DNA from: Schizosaccharomyces osmophilus
Taxonomy: Eukaryota
NCBI RefSeq assembly: GCF_027921745.1
Contig: NC_079238.1
Location: forward strand, 2,294,001-2,358,000
Length of the DNA stretch: 64,000 nucleotides
Direction of reading: 5' to 3'
Position numbers and translations under genes: made by a program
Part shown: one piece after another, positions 25,538 through 38,085 of the stretch
Position numbering within the stretch: the first letter of the stretch is position 1
How the letters are laid out: every line of letters starts with the position of its first letter
Notes under the pieces: model-generated
Told to the model about the DNA's origin: nothing
Seen by the model: the letters and a program-made list of their open reading frames with translations, nothing else
Database searches by the model: none

Positions 25538-27068
25538 TTACTTTGAACGTAACGGTCTTTGGACCTGGCTGAAAAATATGTCCAAGCTTGCAAAATTACC
25601 GTTGTTCTCCGAAAAGGTTTTATGTCTCCTTCCCTGAAGGTGCTAAAATATGAGTTAGAAACCACCTCGATCTTTGCATATCCATACCTTTTCCAAATCT
25701 CTGTATCTCTCGCAACAGTTTTCACAGTAACCAGCTTTTGCGTCCACCTTAACCTTCTTATGCGCTAGGGGATCTACCTCATAAGCACCAGTCGGAGTTC
25801 GCGTTGCTCGATTAGCCATCAAATTCTGCATATTCATAAGTCGAGGCTCCAGGATATTCAGTGGAGTCATTGCTGACCTCTTTTCCATTGTTAATGGATT
25901 TGGCGCTTTCAATTGCTCAGTTGAAATCTGTTTCTGGAAGGGTGCACCGGATTCAGCTGCGGTATTATCACCCATCACTTGCTTTACGATGACACTGGTA
26001 GAATCTGGCTCAGCATGATTTTCCATCTTTTGCTTGTAAGATTGATTCAACATTTGATCTCTGATTTCATGCGCTGGATGATTATACTTGCTTATTTTAA
26101 GCTCACGTTTGCGTCCAGTGTTAAAGGGGCATCTACCTTGAACTGTCATTCCTAAAGTCGGCCAAAGAATTTCTGTATTATGAGCAGGTCTTTCCCATTC
26201 TCGAAGTACAATAGGCTTGTAAAACTGAGTGATATCTCTTACACATAGAAAGTTCTCTTGGAAATACTCTACATTTTTACTGGGAACGTAAAAATTCTTT
26301 TCTGAAGCCCCATAAACTTTTTCACCGTCTAAAAGTGCTTGCAAGCTGGAGGCAGAGGTATTACCGAGACTGTCGGGGTCAAGGAAAGTGAATAGAATTC
26401 TGTTTAAAAGTTCTGAAAGGTTAGCAATTTCTTCAAAACAACTTATAGCATACTATCAATGGACCATATTTTCATATTTGCCTTTTTCGCCAGATGCAGA
26501 AAGTCTGATGGAGGACATCTTTCGGGTTCGACTGTTCTTGTTGTTATGAAATGGGTTATTTCAAAAGAGAAGGTCGTTGTAATATTCTGGTATTGTTGTG
26601 CATTAGCTTCTATTACTTGAATGAAATTAGTTTGCTTACCGCTCCAAGGCTGCTTATTTTTTGAATAATTCTTCTCTTAATCTCTTCGTCGATACTGTCC
26701 AAATAAAACACAAAATTTGGGAAAGCGGATCGGTAATCTCGTTGCCAATAACGAAGTTTGCATACTCGAATACTGGTGCGAGGAGCATCCTTTTGTCGGT
26801 TTACCGCAGGCTTTGGACAATAATTAGAGAAGGCAGTGGCAGGAAGTGCAATTTTTGCAGTAGCGGTTGCAGAATTAAGGTTTTGTGTTCCTGCCATATC
26901 TGCTTTTGAAACAGGCCAGTCCATACAAGATTCAGAATTTGCTGTAGTTTGGCAAATTTCTCCTTCGGACGAAGAACGATTGTAATCAAATGGTACAGGC
27001 AGAAGCTTCGCTGACTCTTCTCCAATATTATGAATGCCAGAGTTGCGATCTACTAGCGGCGATCTCAT
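25538..27068 (-). CDS. spo6: Dbf4-family regulatory subunit of the meiotic Spo4 kinase
   Basis: Dbf4 motif N (WQRDYRSAFPNFVFYLD), motif M, and C-terminal zinc finger GYCENCCERYRDLEKHLQGRRH completed by splicing; introns 26587-26639, 26413-26453, 25643-25687. Confidence 0.88.
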
Positions 27069-27365
27069 AAGGGTATAAGCTTTTGTAAACTGGTCGTCAG
27101 TTTAGACCCCTTTACTAATATATATATATGTGCAATGAGGAGAGCTAGAAAACCAATGACTCTTCCAAATGATTCCAAGCTCAGCGACTTTCAACTGCTG
27201 ATTACTTTAGAGAAAGCAAGATGATTCCGCGGTCAAAGTGCAGCCGACAGTGAATTGGTGAAAAAAGATAACTCTTTATTTATATAGTTTCATTTTTGTT
27301 TGTTTGTTTTGCCTCTAACCGATTTGTTTTGATTCTACTTTTGTCAACAAACTGTATACACGCTT

Positions 27366-27398
27366 ACGCGTCTCATAGACTCGCGACGCGTCGCGCGT
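27366..27398. promoter_or_regulatory. MCB (ACGCGT) cluster in the spo6/npy1 divergent promoter
   Basis: ACGCGT at 27366 and 27386, extra CGCG cores, 14-bp palindrome CGCGACGCGTCGCG 27382-27395. Confidence 0.65.
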
Positions 27399-27787
27399 CA
27401 CGAGTATGAACGACCGTACGTACCATTGAAGTTGAAAGATTCGCTCTAGCTTTTATTTTGTTTTATTTACTACAATTTTCGTTCTTATATTTTCTCCTTG
27501 CCTAAAAAAGTCTCAGATTTTGACGCTCTCCATATTACAGATCGTTGAGTCGTTTAGGAATATAGATATTACTATTACGTACCATTTGTAATAAAGTAGA
27601 CTTGCCGTCTTCCATATATAAAGGCATCGTAAAGACAATTTACAGTCAAAATATTTTCCTCTAGCGTATCGTTTAGACATTACAATTTTGGATTACAGTA
27701 AAGTAAGAGACAGGTAAAAAAAAAAGAACTGAATTTACGACCGAAAAGAGATTGTCAGTATATCAAGAACTACAAATCTTGGAAAAC

Positions 27788-29086
27788 ATGAACCGTTTTA
27801 CACTGACTCGGCAATTAGAGTAAGTAGAAAATTGCAACATCGACTTTGTAAAGCTTTTATGATCAAGTGATGCTCTCCCATTCAGGCTTCTTACTTTAGT
27901 CATGTGAAAGAAAGAGCGTCTCTAAATGAAGTTGGCTGTTATTATTGTTTACAATGGTTGTTCTTAAGATCTTGAAAACTAACTGAAGGTTTACCTAAAC
28001 AGATTGCCGCCGGCGCCTTCTCAATTTTTCGCAGGGAATCATTTAAATCGGCTGGCTTTTCTTCGTTCAAATAGAGAATTTATGCAGAAAGCCTTCTGTT
28101 CTCCCACCACCAAATTCCTTCCTTTCAACGCTCTCAACCCTGCTGTGATTGTCAAGGAAGAAAAGCTCTTTACCTTGTCTTATCCCCAAATTTCCAAGTA
28201 CTTTCATGTTTCTCCCTTTGAAATTCCAGAAAAGCAGTTAGCTGAAAAATACAGCAATCATTCCTTTTCTTTACCTTCGTTAGTTTTTCTTGGTAATGAC
28301 GAAAATGGCAACGCTGGTCAAGGGTGGGACCACAATAACGTTTTCGCCATAGATGTAACAGAAATAGAAGAGATTCAAAAGTTTGTACAAAATAGCGGTG
28401 CGGTTTTTGTAAACCTGCGTGATATTTTTTCCCAGGGATACAAATTACAAGCCTCCGATTCTGGTGTTTGTGCCTTCGCTCGCTCCCTCTTAGACTGGAT
28501 TTCTAGATACAAATTTTGCCCGGGATGTGGTTCAAGGAACATGCCTACGCAGGGTGGAACAAAATTAGTGTGTTCGAACGCTGTCATGAATCCTTCATCC
28601 ACTTGTCCATCGAAACAAGGTACCAACAATTATCAGTTTCCTCGAACTGATCCATGTGTAATTATGGGTGTTCTTTCACATGATATGAAATCAATCGCTC
28701 TCGGTAGAGCTGCAAGACATCCTCCAGGATTATACGCTTGTTTAGCAGGATTTTTGGAGCCCGGTGAAAGCATTGAGGAAGCTGTTAGTCGCGAGGTTTA
28801 CGAAGAATCGGGTCTTGAAGTTGAGAAAGTTCTCTATTATACTAGCCAACCTTGGCCTTTTCCTCAAAGCTTGATGCTGGCTTGCTTTGCTATCGCCAAG
28901 AAAGATGCTAAAATATCTATGGATAAGGATTTGGAGCTAGAAAATGTACGTTTCTTTTCGAGAGAGGAACTTGTGAATTCGCTAGAATGGACTTCGGAAT
29001 CTCAGCCTCCTCCAGTCCGTTTTCCCCCGGAATTATCGATTGCCAAAAATTTAATCAAGGCTTTTGCTTACAACAAGTATAATTGA
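27788..29086 (+). CDS. npy1: NADH pyrophosphatase / NAD-cap decapping Nudix hydrolase (NudC/Npy1 family)
   Basis: Exon 1 27788-27819, intron 27820-28002; FCPGCG zinc ribbon, Nudix box GFLEPGESIEEAVSREVYEESGL, SQPWPFPQS. Confidence 0.92.
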
Positions 29087-29240
29087 CTTTCCTTACGCCA
29101 AATATATATATTGAACAAGAAAAGATTTCATTTATGTCCATAAAAACCTGTCTTCATTCACATGGACTTCATCATATACGTAAACGACAATAAATAAATA
29201 AACAACAGTAACCAGAAAAAGGTAATTGTTAATTGCAAAT

Positions 29241-31487
29241 TCAAGACCATATTAATAATCTAGCAATAGCTGCACTAATATTGCCTTCGGTGGATTCAAG
29301 TACATCAAGGAATTGCTGCTCACTGGATTGCGTGTATTGTAATATCATGTCTATAGCTTCGTCGATCTCTTTTTTGTCTGAAGAAGACTCTATCGTTACC
29401 AAGTAATCATGTAATTCTCGCAAAACATCTGAAAAAGACTTTTTTTCGTGCCGAAGAGGTGATATTTTCGTCGGTGATAAGTTTGGCGATTCCGCACTAA
29501 AAAGACTCGTATTTCTTAGTGAAGAAAGTGAAGAGAAGGAGGAATTACCTCTTTCATTAGAAAAAGTAGCATCTTTTGTCGTATCGTAATCACCTGCTGA
29601 ACTTTTTGAATGACTGGCGGGTCCATGATCTAATTTTTTATAACGATTGCGGTCTAGTAAGAGATTATTCGAGGTTTCACCATCTTGATTACCTCCTGCA
29701 GGGCTTTCAGGAGGAGTGCTAGATCGGTCAACGAACGAGCGTGAGTCTGAAGTATGAGGTGAACTGACCGGGGTTGCTTCTCGATATGCGGCTCTATTAT
29801 CGTTGACTTTTTTTGTTTCAGCTTTGACAGGAGAAGAGCTATAAGTAGTCATAACTTGCTTTTCAAATTCGGCGTCATCATCTACCTCTGAATCAGCATA
29901 TGGAATGCTTTCTGAATCACTATTTAGGTCTAGAGGGGGGATTGCCAAATCTTCATTTGGACGAACGAAAACATTTCCTTCTCTCAAAGTACTAGACAAT
30001 TCGGCTGGAAACGTATTGCTTGAGGTTGGCGAATTCGTAGAAACTCGAGAGATAATACCTTGTTCATTAAACAATTTACCATAGGATTTTGGGAAGGAAG
30101 AAAGGGGTTTCTTTATGGGTGTTTCTAGTATCCTGGAAGGAGATTCTTGGACCGACATAGGTATGGAAGGAGACTCCAGAAAGCTAGAGAAATCACCGGA
30201 ATTTTTAGTGGGTTGATCAACCGTTCGCGCTCTCGGAATTTGGAAGTTGGTCAAATTTGGCTTTTTCAAAGACTTTGGAGAGATAGCTTCTTGAATTGAT
30301 ATTGTATCTGAAGTGAAAGAAGCATGATCAAGAAATTTTTCTTCTATCATTTGGTCATCGACATCTAAATTCTCCAAAGATACACCTTGAGTTTTTGATT
30401 CTAGATGAGCCAATGCAGGAGCTGGGCTCTCAAAATTCAGGTGTGGGTAAAAATATTTGTAAAGTAACTTCCAATCAATAAAAGCATGTATATTGGAATA
30501 ACTTTCGTTTAAGATCCAACAAATATCGTCTAAGCTTTTTTCCTTACCATAAGAAAAAAGATAATACTCCAAGAGTTTCAAATCAGTTTTAGTATAGCTT
30601 AGGGAAGAAGATACCCGCTTGTTAGAGGAAGATGGTGTTGTGCCTTCTAGTGGATAATATGATCTTTTTTTCGAAGGTACACGATGTTGCAGAGGAAAAG
30701 GATAATGATGTATATGTGGTGTCTTCGTGGGCGTGCTTTGTACTTCTGGGTCAGGAAATCCCGAAGAAACCTTTTTTATCGATTGAGAGGGAACAATTCT
30801 AACAGTTCGGCTTTGAGGACCCGTGAGATTACCATCTTCAATTGGAGGAAGGACTTTCTTAATAATTTTATAGTGCTCTCGCCAAGACTCTGCAGTATGT
30901 TGGGGATACTAGTAATTGACAGTTAGTATTTAAAGAAAAGTGTAAGGCTTAAAAAAATTTAAGACCTCAGTGCTGTACCTTGCGAGCTAATTCTTTATAC
31001 ATATTAAGTCCCGAATTGGGAACATTGGCTTTATGAACATAGTCCACTAATAACTTTTCATCTTCAAGACTAAAATATTCTCTTCTTCGTGATGGCTGCT
31101 CAATATATTGTGGCTCCATACTTGTAAAAACTCGAAAAGCATCGACCTGCAACAGCTTTTGTTGTTCAATGCAATTAGAAAGCCAGGAAACTTTTACAAT
31201 TCGTCTTAGTATAGCATATTTTGAATTCAAAACACGATTTAACTCCCGATGAATGAGGGCTTTTTTGGTTTCTTCAGGGACAATATACAAGTCGTGTTGA
31301 TGTAAATCAAATTCCCTCAATTCTATGAACAGTATCCTTGCACTATGAGCCTAAATTTTTGTTAACATATAAAGCCAAGAACGCATCGTACCTCCATGCT
31401 TGACTGGAATCCCGGTGTGGCTTCCAATAGTTTTGAAACAGCAATAATCATAGAAGATCCATCATCTTTGGTAAACAGCGTAGACAT
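29241..31487 (-). CDS. rap1: Shelterin telomere protein Rap1 (BRCT, Myb, RCT)
   Basis: MSTLFTKDDGSS start; BRCT VKVSWLSNCI; Myb FSLEDEKLL...YPQHTAESWREHY; RCT-like C-terminus; introns 31351-31391 and 30909-30978; synteny. Confidence 0.85.
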
Positions 31488-32119
31488 TGTTCATCTTTGA
31501 AAACACTACTCACTTTTCCCTCTTTACTTACTCGACTTTTGGAATTCTTCTTCAAATTTGTCTACACGGTGGATAGAAACAAGTAACGAGAGCTTACCCT
31601 GAAACAACGCCAATGTCTTATGAATATAAAGCTCGAAAACGCGTCTCTATATGAAGAGCAAAGAAATATGAAGCTTTTGAAATGTAAGTAACATATTATC
31701 ATCCTGTCTACGACACCAGAAGGTGAATTCTATGATGGGTTCAATCGGCTTGATTCTGTTTTGACTGTTCCTCGATCTATTAATCAAGTATACTCTTCAA
31801 TTATAGATACTTTACTACAAACAGTGCAGTGTTAGCACAGAAGCAAAATGGGATTTCATACAGACAGTGTGCATGAGGAAGAAAGGGAACCCAAAGGTGT
31901 GAGTTTTTGTTTGGAACAAAACGCGATCAAATCGAGAATTCTCATTCGAAATAGAATCCCTTCTTATATCTACTCATCAAGAACCTACTTTTTGAAAATT
32001 TGAATTTACGATCTACTCATTGTTTACTAATGTAATACAGTGTACAACGCAGCATTACGCTGTGTAAAATAGAAAGAGAAAAATGAGGACTAGAATTGAC
32101 TCCTTTGCCAAACACCAAA

Positions 32120-33448
32120 ATGAGCGCCGGTGAAACCATTAAGTTATACCCTGCTACTTCTAAACAGGCCGTGGAAGCCTCGTTTGTTCCTAACGGAAAG
32201 ATTAGCCCAGTCGTCCGTCGTTCAGTTGAACCTGTCGGACCCTTTTTCTTGGCTCATGCTAGACGCCAAATACATGGCCGCACTTTCAGTGAAGATGAGC
32301 GCTTAGAGAAGAAAGACGAAAAGAAGGAGGAAGTCAAGGAGGAATCTGAGGATGAGGAAGAAGACCCAGATATGCTCCGTGCCGACCCCAAAGAATGGAA
32401 GCAACAAGATCACTATGCCGTTTTGGGTCTTTCCAAATACCGTTACAAAGCTAACTTGGAACAAATTAAGAAGGCTCATTTGAAGAAGGTTTTGAAGCAC
32501 CATCCTGATAAGAAGGCCGCTACCGGTAACATCAATGATGATTCTTTCTTCAAGTGTATCCAGAAGGCCAACGAAATTCTTACTGATGCCACTAAGCGTC
32601 GTCAATATGATTCCGTTGATGAAAATGCTGAAGTTGAGGCCCCAGAGTCCACTACCGAAGAAAACTTTTTCGAACTTTGGGCACCTGTTTTCGATGCCGA
32701 GGCCAGATTTTCCAAGAAGCAACCTGCTCCTGGTTTGGGAACTATTGAATCCCCTCGCCCTGAAGTTGAAAAATTTTACAACTTCTGGTACAACTTTGAC
32801 TCTTGGAGAACCTTTGAGTACTTGGACAAGGACATTCCTGATGATGGTGAATCTCGTGATAACAAGCGTTATCAAGAAAAGAAGAATCGTTCCGAGCGTC
32901 AAAAGAACAAGGCTCGTGACAATACTCGTCTCCGCCAATTAGTAGACACCGCTTTGGCTTCTGATCCCCGCATCAAACTTTTCAAACAACAAGAGAAGGC
33001 TGCTAAGGAAGCCCGTAAGTGGGAACGCGATGCCGGTGCTCGTGAAGCTGCTGCCGCTGCTCAAAAGAAAAAGGAAGAGGAGGAACGTCTTGCTGCCGAA
33101 GAAGCTTCTGCTAAGGCTACAGCTAGCGCTCAAAGCAAGAAGGCTAAGGAAGATAAGAAGAAGACTCAAAAGCGTGATAAGAAGATAGTTAAGAACGCTT
33201 TGAAGGATTTCAATTACTTCAGCGAGACTGATGTTCCTTCTCCTACTCAAGTCGATACTGTCCTGAAGGATACCGACGCTTTGATGCCTAAGCTCGGTGA
33301 TGGTGAGCTTGCCACTTTTGCTGCTGACATTTCTGCTCAAAATGACGCTGGTGCCGCTGCTGTCAAAGGCGTTTTTGACAAGTATGCCAAGATGTTCATT
33401 GAACGTGGTTCTTTGAAGGCCAGTGAAGTTGTTTTCTTTGGCAAGTAA
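32120..33448 (+). CDS. zuo1: Zuotin, ribosome-associated J-protein
   Basis: J domain with HHPDK, FYNFWYNFDSWRTFEYLD, charged C-terminal region; first ATG 32120. Confidence 0.96.
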   Translation: MSAGETIKLYPATSKQAVEASFVPNGKISPVVRRSVEPVGPFFLAHARRQIHGRTFSEDERLEKKDEKKEEVKEESEDEEEDPDMLRADPKEWKQQDHYAVLGLSKYRYKANLEQIKKAHLKKVLKHHPDKKAATGNINDDSFFKCIQKANEILTDATKRRQYDSVDENAEVEAPESTTEENFFELWAPVFDAEARFSKKQPAPGLGTIESPRPEVEKFYNFWYNFDSWRTFEYLDKDIPDDGESRDNKRYQEKKNRSERQKNKARDNTRLRQLVDTALASDPRIKLFKQQEKAAKEARKWERDAGAREAAAAAQKKKEEEERLAAEEASAKATASAQSKKAKEDKKKTQKRDKKIVKNALKDFNYFSETDVPSPTQVDTVLKDTDALMPKLGDGELATFAADISAQNDAGAAAVKGVFDKYAKMFIERGSLKASEVVFFGK

Positions 33449-33956
33449 AAAGTAAAAAGAGAAAGCGAAATAATTTTGAGTACCTACTGCTTCATTTCTT
33501 GATTAGTTTAGATAAGAAGGCTCGGGACTGCCTTTGGTCAAAAAATAAAGGGTTTATAAAAAAAAAGAAACGGTCTATAGCAGTCCAACTTGTACACTTT
33601 CTCTCAGGAGTTGTTTTATGATTCAACAGACTGTAGTGCTATATTACGGTAGAATTGTATCCGCTCTGTTTGCACCTCTGTGGTCGCCCAAAATCACAAG
33701 GGTAATCAGACTTAGCTTTTCAGTTGATTCAATATAGTCGTGTCCAGTTTTCTGTTTTCTTTTCTTTTTATAATTGTGATTTTTCTTACATCTTTTTCAC
33801 AAATTCTACAATGATTCATACATTCAATTAGCAAACTGGAACACACTCACTATTCCCTACTGGTAAACAGTCTTCACTAAGTCTATAGTAGAATTTATAT
33901 GGGAACTTGAACTTTACGAAAGAGTTTCTGGCTTTCATGATATAACATAGTCTACA

Positions 33957-34560
33957 ATGAATGATGCATTCGTAGATGATGAATTGTCTTTGCCAAAGGG
34001 TATGCAGCAATAAATAAGAGGAAGAAGCCACAGATATGCTAACAGACGAAGCTACGGTTCAAAAAATGGTTTCTGAAATGCTTCCAGAAGACCTTACATT
34101 CACAAAAGAAACCAGGGACTTATTAATTGAGTGCTGCGTCGAATTTATTCACCTCGTTTCTAGTGAGGCCAACGAGATATGCGAAAAGGAAAGCAAAAAA
34201 ACTATTGCTGCGGAGCATATAATTAAAGCACTAGAGAATTTGGAATTTAAGGAATATATCAGTGAGGTATTAGAAGTTGCAGCTGAACATAAAGAACAAC
34301 AAAAGGTATTTATAGGATCCACGTCAAGTTTACAAAAACACTAACATTTTTAGAATCGTGAAAAAAAAGGGAGCAAATTTGAACAATCCGGAGTCTCTAG
34401 AGATGAACTGTTACGCCAACAAGAAGAACTCTTGAGCCGTGCTAGAGAACGATTTCAAAACCAAAATTCCGTGAATCAACCTGTACCCGCTCCCACATCT
34501 CCTTCAGAGGGTAGCGACATAAAGCAAGGAGTGAAAAAAGAAGAGGATCCCATTGCGTAG
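33957..34560 (+). CDS. ncb2: Negative cofactor 2 beta subunit (Dr1)
   Basis: DDELSLPK|ATVQKM, CCVEFIHLVSSEANEIC histone fold, ELLRQQEELL; introns 34000-34051 and about 34306-34352. Confidence 0.93.
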
Positions 34561-35010
34561 ACATTTTTCAGGATTATCCTGTATTCTTCGTTCTCAGATC
34601 TTAATCTATCTTGTCTTTGGTTATTGAGTTGGACACATATGCAGTAAAGTTGTCTACCTTGACTTTGCCTTATTATTAAAACTCTATACTCTGATCCGTT
34701 TTCTTTTTTCCTCTTTTAGCATTCTCTTTTTTGCTCGCCTTTGATTCGCTGTGTAAATTGTATTACTCATTCTCTAGTATATTATGTATTTAGTCTTATT
34801 CCGAAACCCAAAGATTTCTAAATTATATACTTTGCTTGGCTCTACTGGTATACACATTTGACATATGAATTCTAGTGCTTCCATGATTTTTCTTTCTCTC
34901 AACAAACATCTAAGTATTAAGCTGTAACGATTGAAGATAACTTTTTTCAAACCACTTTACTCTTCCAAGCGGGATTCAGCTTCAAGATGCCTTGATCGGA
35001 AAACTATACA

Positions 35011-36389
35011 TCAGGGTTGATAAGGTAGTTGAGAAAAGTAATAGTCTAAAAACTCTACAGTTTCCGAAGGACTTGATACCCAAACGGTAGTAGCAGCAGA
35101 TCTCTGTACTCAGTTAGTAAATGAATTTTCATTACGTTTTTTGAAGACTTTAAACACATACGGCTTTGTAATCGTTATTACCAGCGGAGAGAAACTGGTC
35201 ACCAACGTGCAAACATTTGGAAGGATGCGAAATGGCGAAGAAGTATTGAAGGCAATGAACTCCAAGCTTTTTGTCGCCTATATCGCACCAGATGTCATTT
35301 CCTCCATTGAAGGCAGTAAATGGAACAGAGAAATTCATTAATTGTAGCGTTGTCTGTACTTCCAAAACTGTTTCCTCTAGCTGTTCTCTTCTCAGTTTTT
35401 GACCTAACGAAGGTGCAAACCCAACAGATCGTTCCTTACGTATAATTTTAGCATCGATGTTTAAACCGGTTATGCAAGAACGAAGAGCATCTTCAGCAGT
35501 ATCCAATAATTGAGAGATTTCGTCGACCGGCCATGTCTTCATAATGGGAAGCATCCAGGACTCTGGCTCTACCCATTGTAGTCCATGGAGCGGATTGTAT
35601 TCAAACAAGTAGTTACTTTCACCGCCCAATACATGCAATTTTCGCTTTTGAGTATCGACCAAATCACTGTCCTCAATCGCTTGTAATAGACCTGAGAACC
35701 GATCCATGTATTCCTTTCCACTAGGACTAGGGTATCCAGCAGCAGTTAGGATTACTACATATATGTCTCTTGACAAGAGTTGTACTAAACGTGAAATAAC
35801 CGGATTGTCAGCAAGCAAGGGTTGTCCATCTTCATACAGAGTTACATCACCATCAAAGCTAACCATCTCAAGGCTATGCTGAGCAAGGTAGCGGAGCTGA
35901 GCACCACCTAGGATTGTACGAACATCGTTAAAGCTAGGTGCCACGAAACTACGTTTAGCCAAACAAAGTTTTGGCTCGAGATCGTATAAAGCCTGAACCA
36001 AAGGTAATGGTGTCCAAAAAGAAGTAATAGTTGGCACAAGCATCTTTAGCTGGCTATGATGGCGACCTTGAGCCGTTAGCTCAACTATGAGTTGTTAATA
36101 AGACAACCTATCCAATATATTCTTCCAAGTTGCTACTAGCAGACCGAACTAATAAACTTAAAAGGGATCAAATATACTTACCATGACTTTCAATTAGGCA
36201 TTCAACGTCTCTTAAAATTCGAGCGTAACGTTCCAAAGTTTCTTCTTCCTTTGCCTTCGTAACTTCTTTCTGAGACGGTTTACCAGCATGTAAGACAAAC
36301 GGGACAGCTAATAGTCCCTTAATCCATTCTATAAAGTTGTCTTTTCGATGCTGTTTCAAAGCATACTCAACGCGGTATCTCGATGCCAT
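35011..36389 (-). CDS. isn1: IMP-specific 5'-nucleotidase (HAD family)
   Basis: MASRYRVEYALK, FDGDVTLY, LHVGDQFLSAGNND; introns 36085-36181 and 35104-35161. Confidence 0.93.
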
Positions 36390-36858
36390 ACTGTCTATAA
36401 GCAAGTTACCAAGAAAGGTGAGAAAAAAAATTAGAAACGGAACACCTTCTCTTAGAAGTATACGCGTTAGAATTTTTTTATTTTATTTAGATAAACCAGT
36501 ACGTAGTGTCATTGAGTAAGGACAAGAATTCGCATATTAAATATACTTCTTCAACAACATTTTGAAGTGAGTAATTTGAAAGCCAAGCTCTATGAACGAA
36601 CATACAATTTCATTTTTCAACTATAATAATTGTACTTAATAGTACATAAAGGTAAGTTTTATATGACCTGAAATCTATGGCAGAAGAATTTACATTTTTT
36701 TGGGTATTTGGACAGACTCCGATGCAGTTGAAAAATAATAGGAATAAATCAAAAAAGAAAAGAAATCAGAGCTCATTCCAATTTTTATAAATTCGAGAAG
36801 ACTAATACCACTAAAGTAAAATACCTCTTACCTCTACATATAAACTCAGTTCTCCAAA

Positions 36859-37494
36859 ATGGCAGCTCCAAATTCTATTGAACAAAGAGAGAAAACAAAT
36901 ATAAGTGATAAGAATGCATTGCCTAGAGAAAATACTGAAAAGGAAAACGAGAATGATAATGAAAGCTTTGATCTTGGTTTAGAAGAAAAAGACGTTCCAG
37001 TGAAGCGTCCACGTAAACAGATTGCAAAGTTTGATGAAGAAAGGTAATTGCAATCAATGGAATGAGGTTAAACTGTGAGGGAAGTAGTAAGCTAACAGAA
37101 TTTAAATAGGTTAGCGTCTGAGAATGGCATTCCGAAGCTTCAACGTATGAGAAAAAAGGTGAATTTGAAAGGAAAGGGCCATGAGTTAGGGGACTTGAAA
37201 AGAATTTTATCCATGTATCATATTTGGACACACGAATTATATCCACGAGCTACCTTCGATGACTCAATATCGTACTTGAACAGACTAGGATCCACACGTT
37301 CAGTCAAGGTACGCAGACGTGGTTGGATCAATGAAGTTGCCGATGAAAGTGTAGTTGGCCAGGAAAGCCTACAAAACGTGTCTTACGACCAACCTCCCGT
37401 TATGGGATCGACGAGGTTGCCTTCTAAGCAAGATTCGTACCTTGAAAACGGTGAAGACGTGTCATTCGTTATTCCAGACGTTGAGAATGAATAA
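36859..37494 (+). CDS. swi3: Replication fork protection complex subunit Swi3 (Csm3/Tipin)
   Basis: KFDEERLASENGIPKL...KGKGHE...YHIWTHELYPRATFDD; intron 37044-37109. Confidence 0.9.
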
Positions 37495-38085
37495 GTCTTG
37501 CTAACTTGTCTATCTTTCGCTAATGACTCCCGCTGTTTCAGTCGATGAAAGTTGGCTATTTTCTTTGGACACTCTTCAAGCGGTGAAGATTATGAATAGA
37601 TGGATCGCTTTAGCATGCTTTTATTTATATTTAAGAGCTGTCCTTCTTGTAATTTAGTAGCTGCCGTCTCTTTTTGCTGCAGTCCTTCATCCGAGAAAGG
37701 CAAGACTATATTCCATAGAGTGTACGTTCCTCTTTGTGTGTGTGTTTTTTCTAACTTCTTAATTTAGCTTTTGTTATTTATACCCTGAATACTACTAAGG
37801 GCAATTGGGTAACTCATTTTCAATCATTTCTCGTTTTTCATCAAGCTCATTGTCAGTAATTTCGCAACAGGATACTTTTCTATGCTTCAGGAAGTGAAAA
37901 TTTGCCATTTAATTAAGAGTTCTTTTCCTTTCACAACCATTTATTTTTTCTGAGTTTCCTTTCCATCTATACGTATAGTTATGGATATGTACATAGATGA
38001 TAAATTCAGACGTCCCTAACAATAAAGGCCTGTCGTATATTATTTTTATTGTATACCTTTATTTTTTCTCGTTCTCAATACAACT

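Noticed and set aside
25513..25725. 70-aa ORF as the last exon of spo6
   Set aside because: Wrong frame; splicing 25643-25687 completes the Dbf4 zinc finger and stops at 25538
32303..33340. Long antisense ORFs (211 and 133 aa) over zuo1; similar ones over pdb1, fim1 and syp1
   Set aside because: Expected from strong codon bias and low-complexity coding in the sense gene
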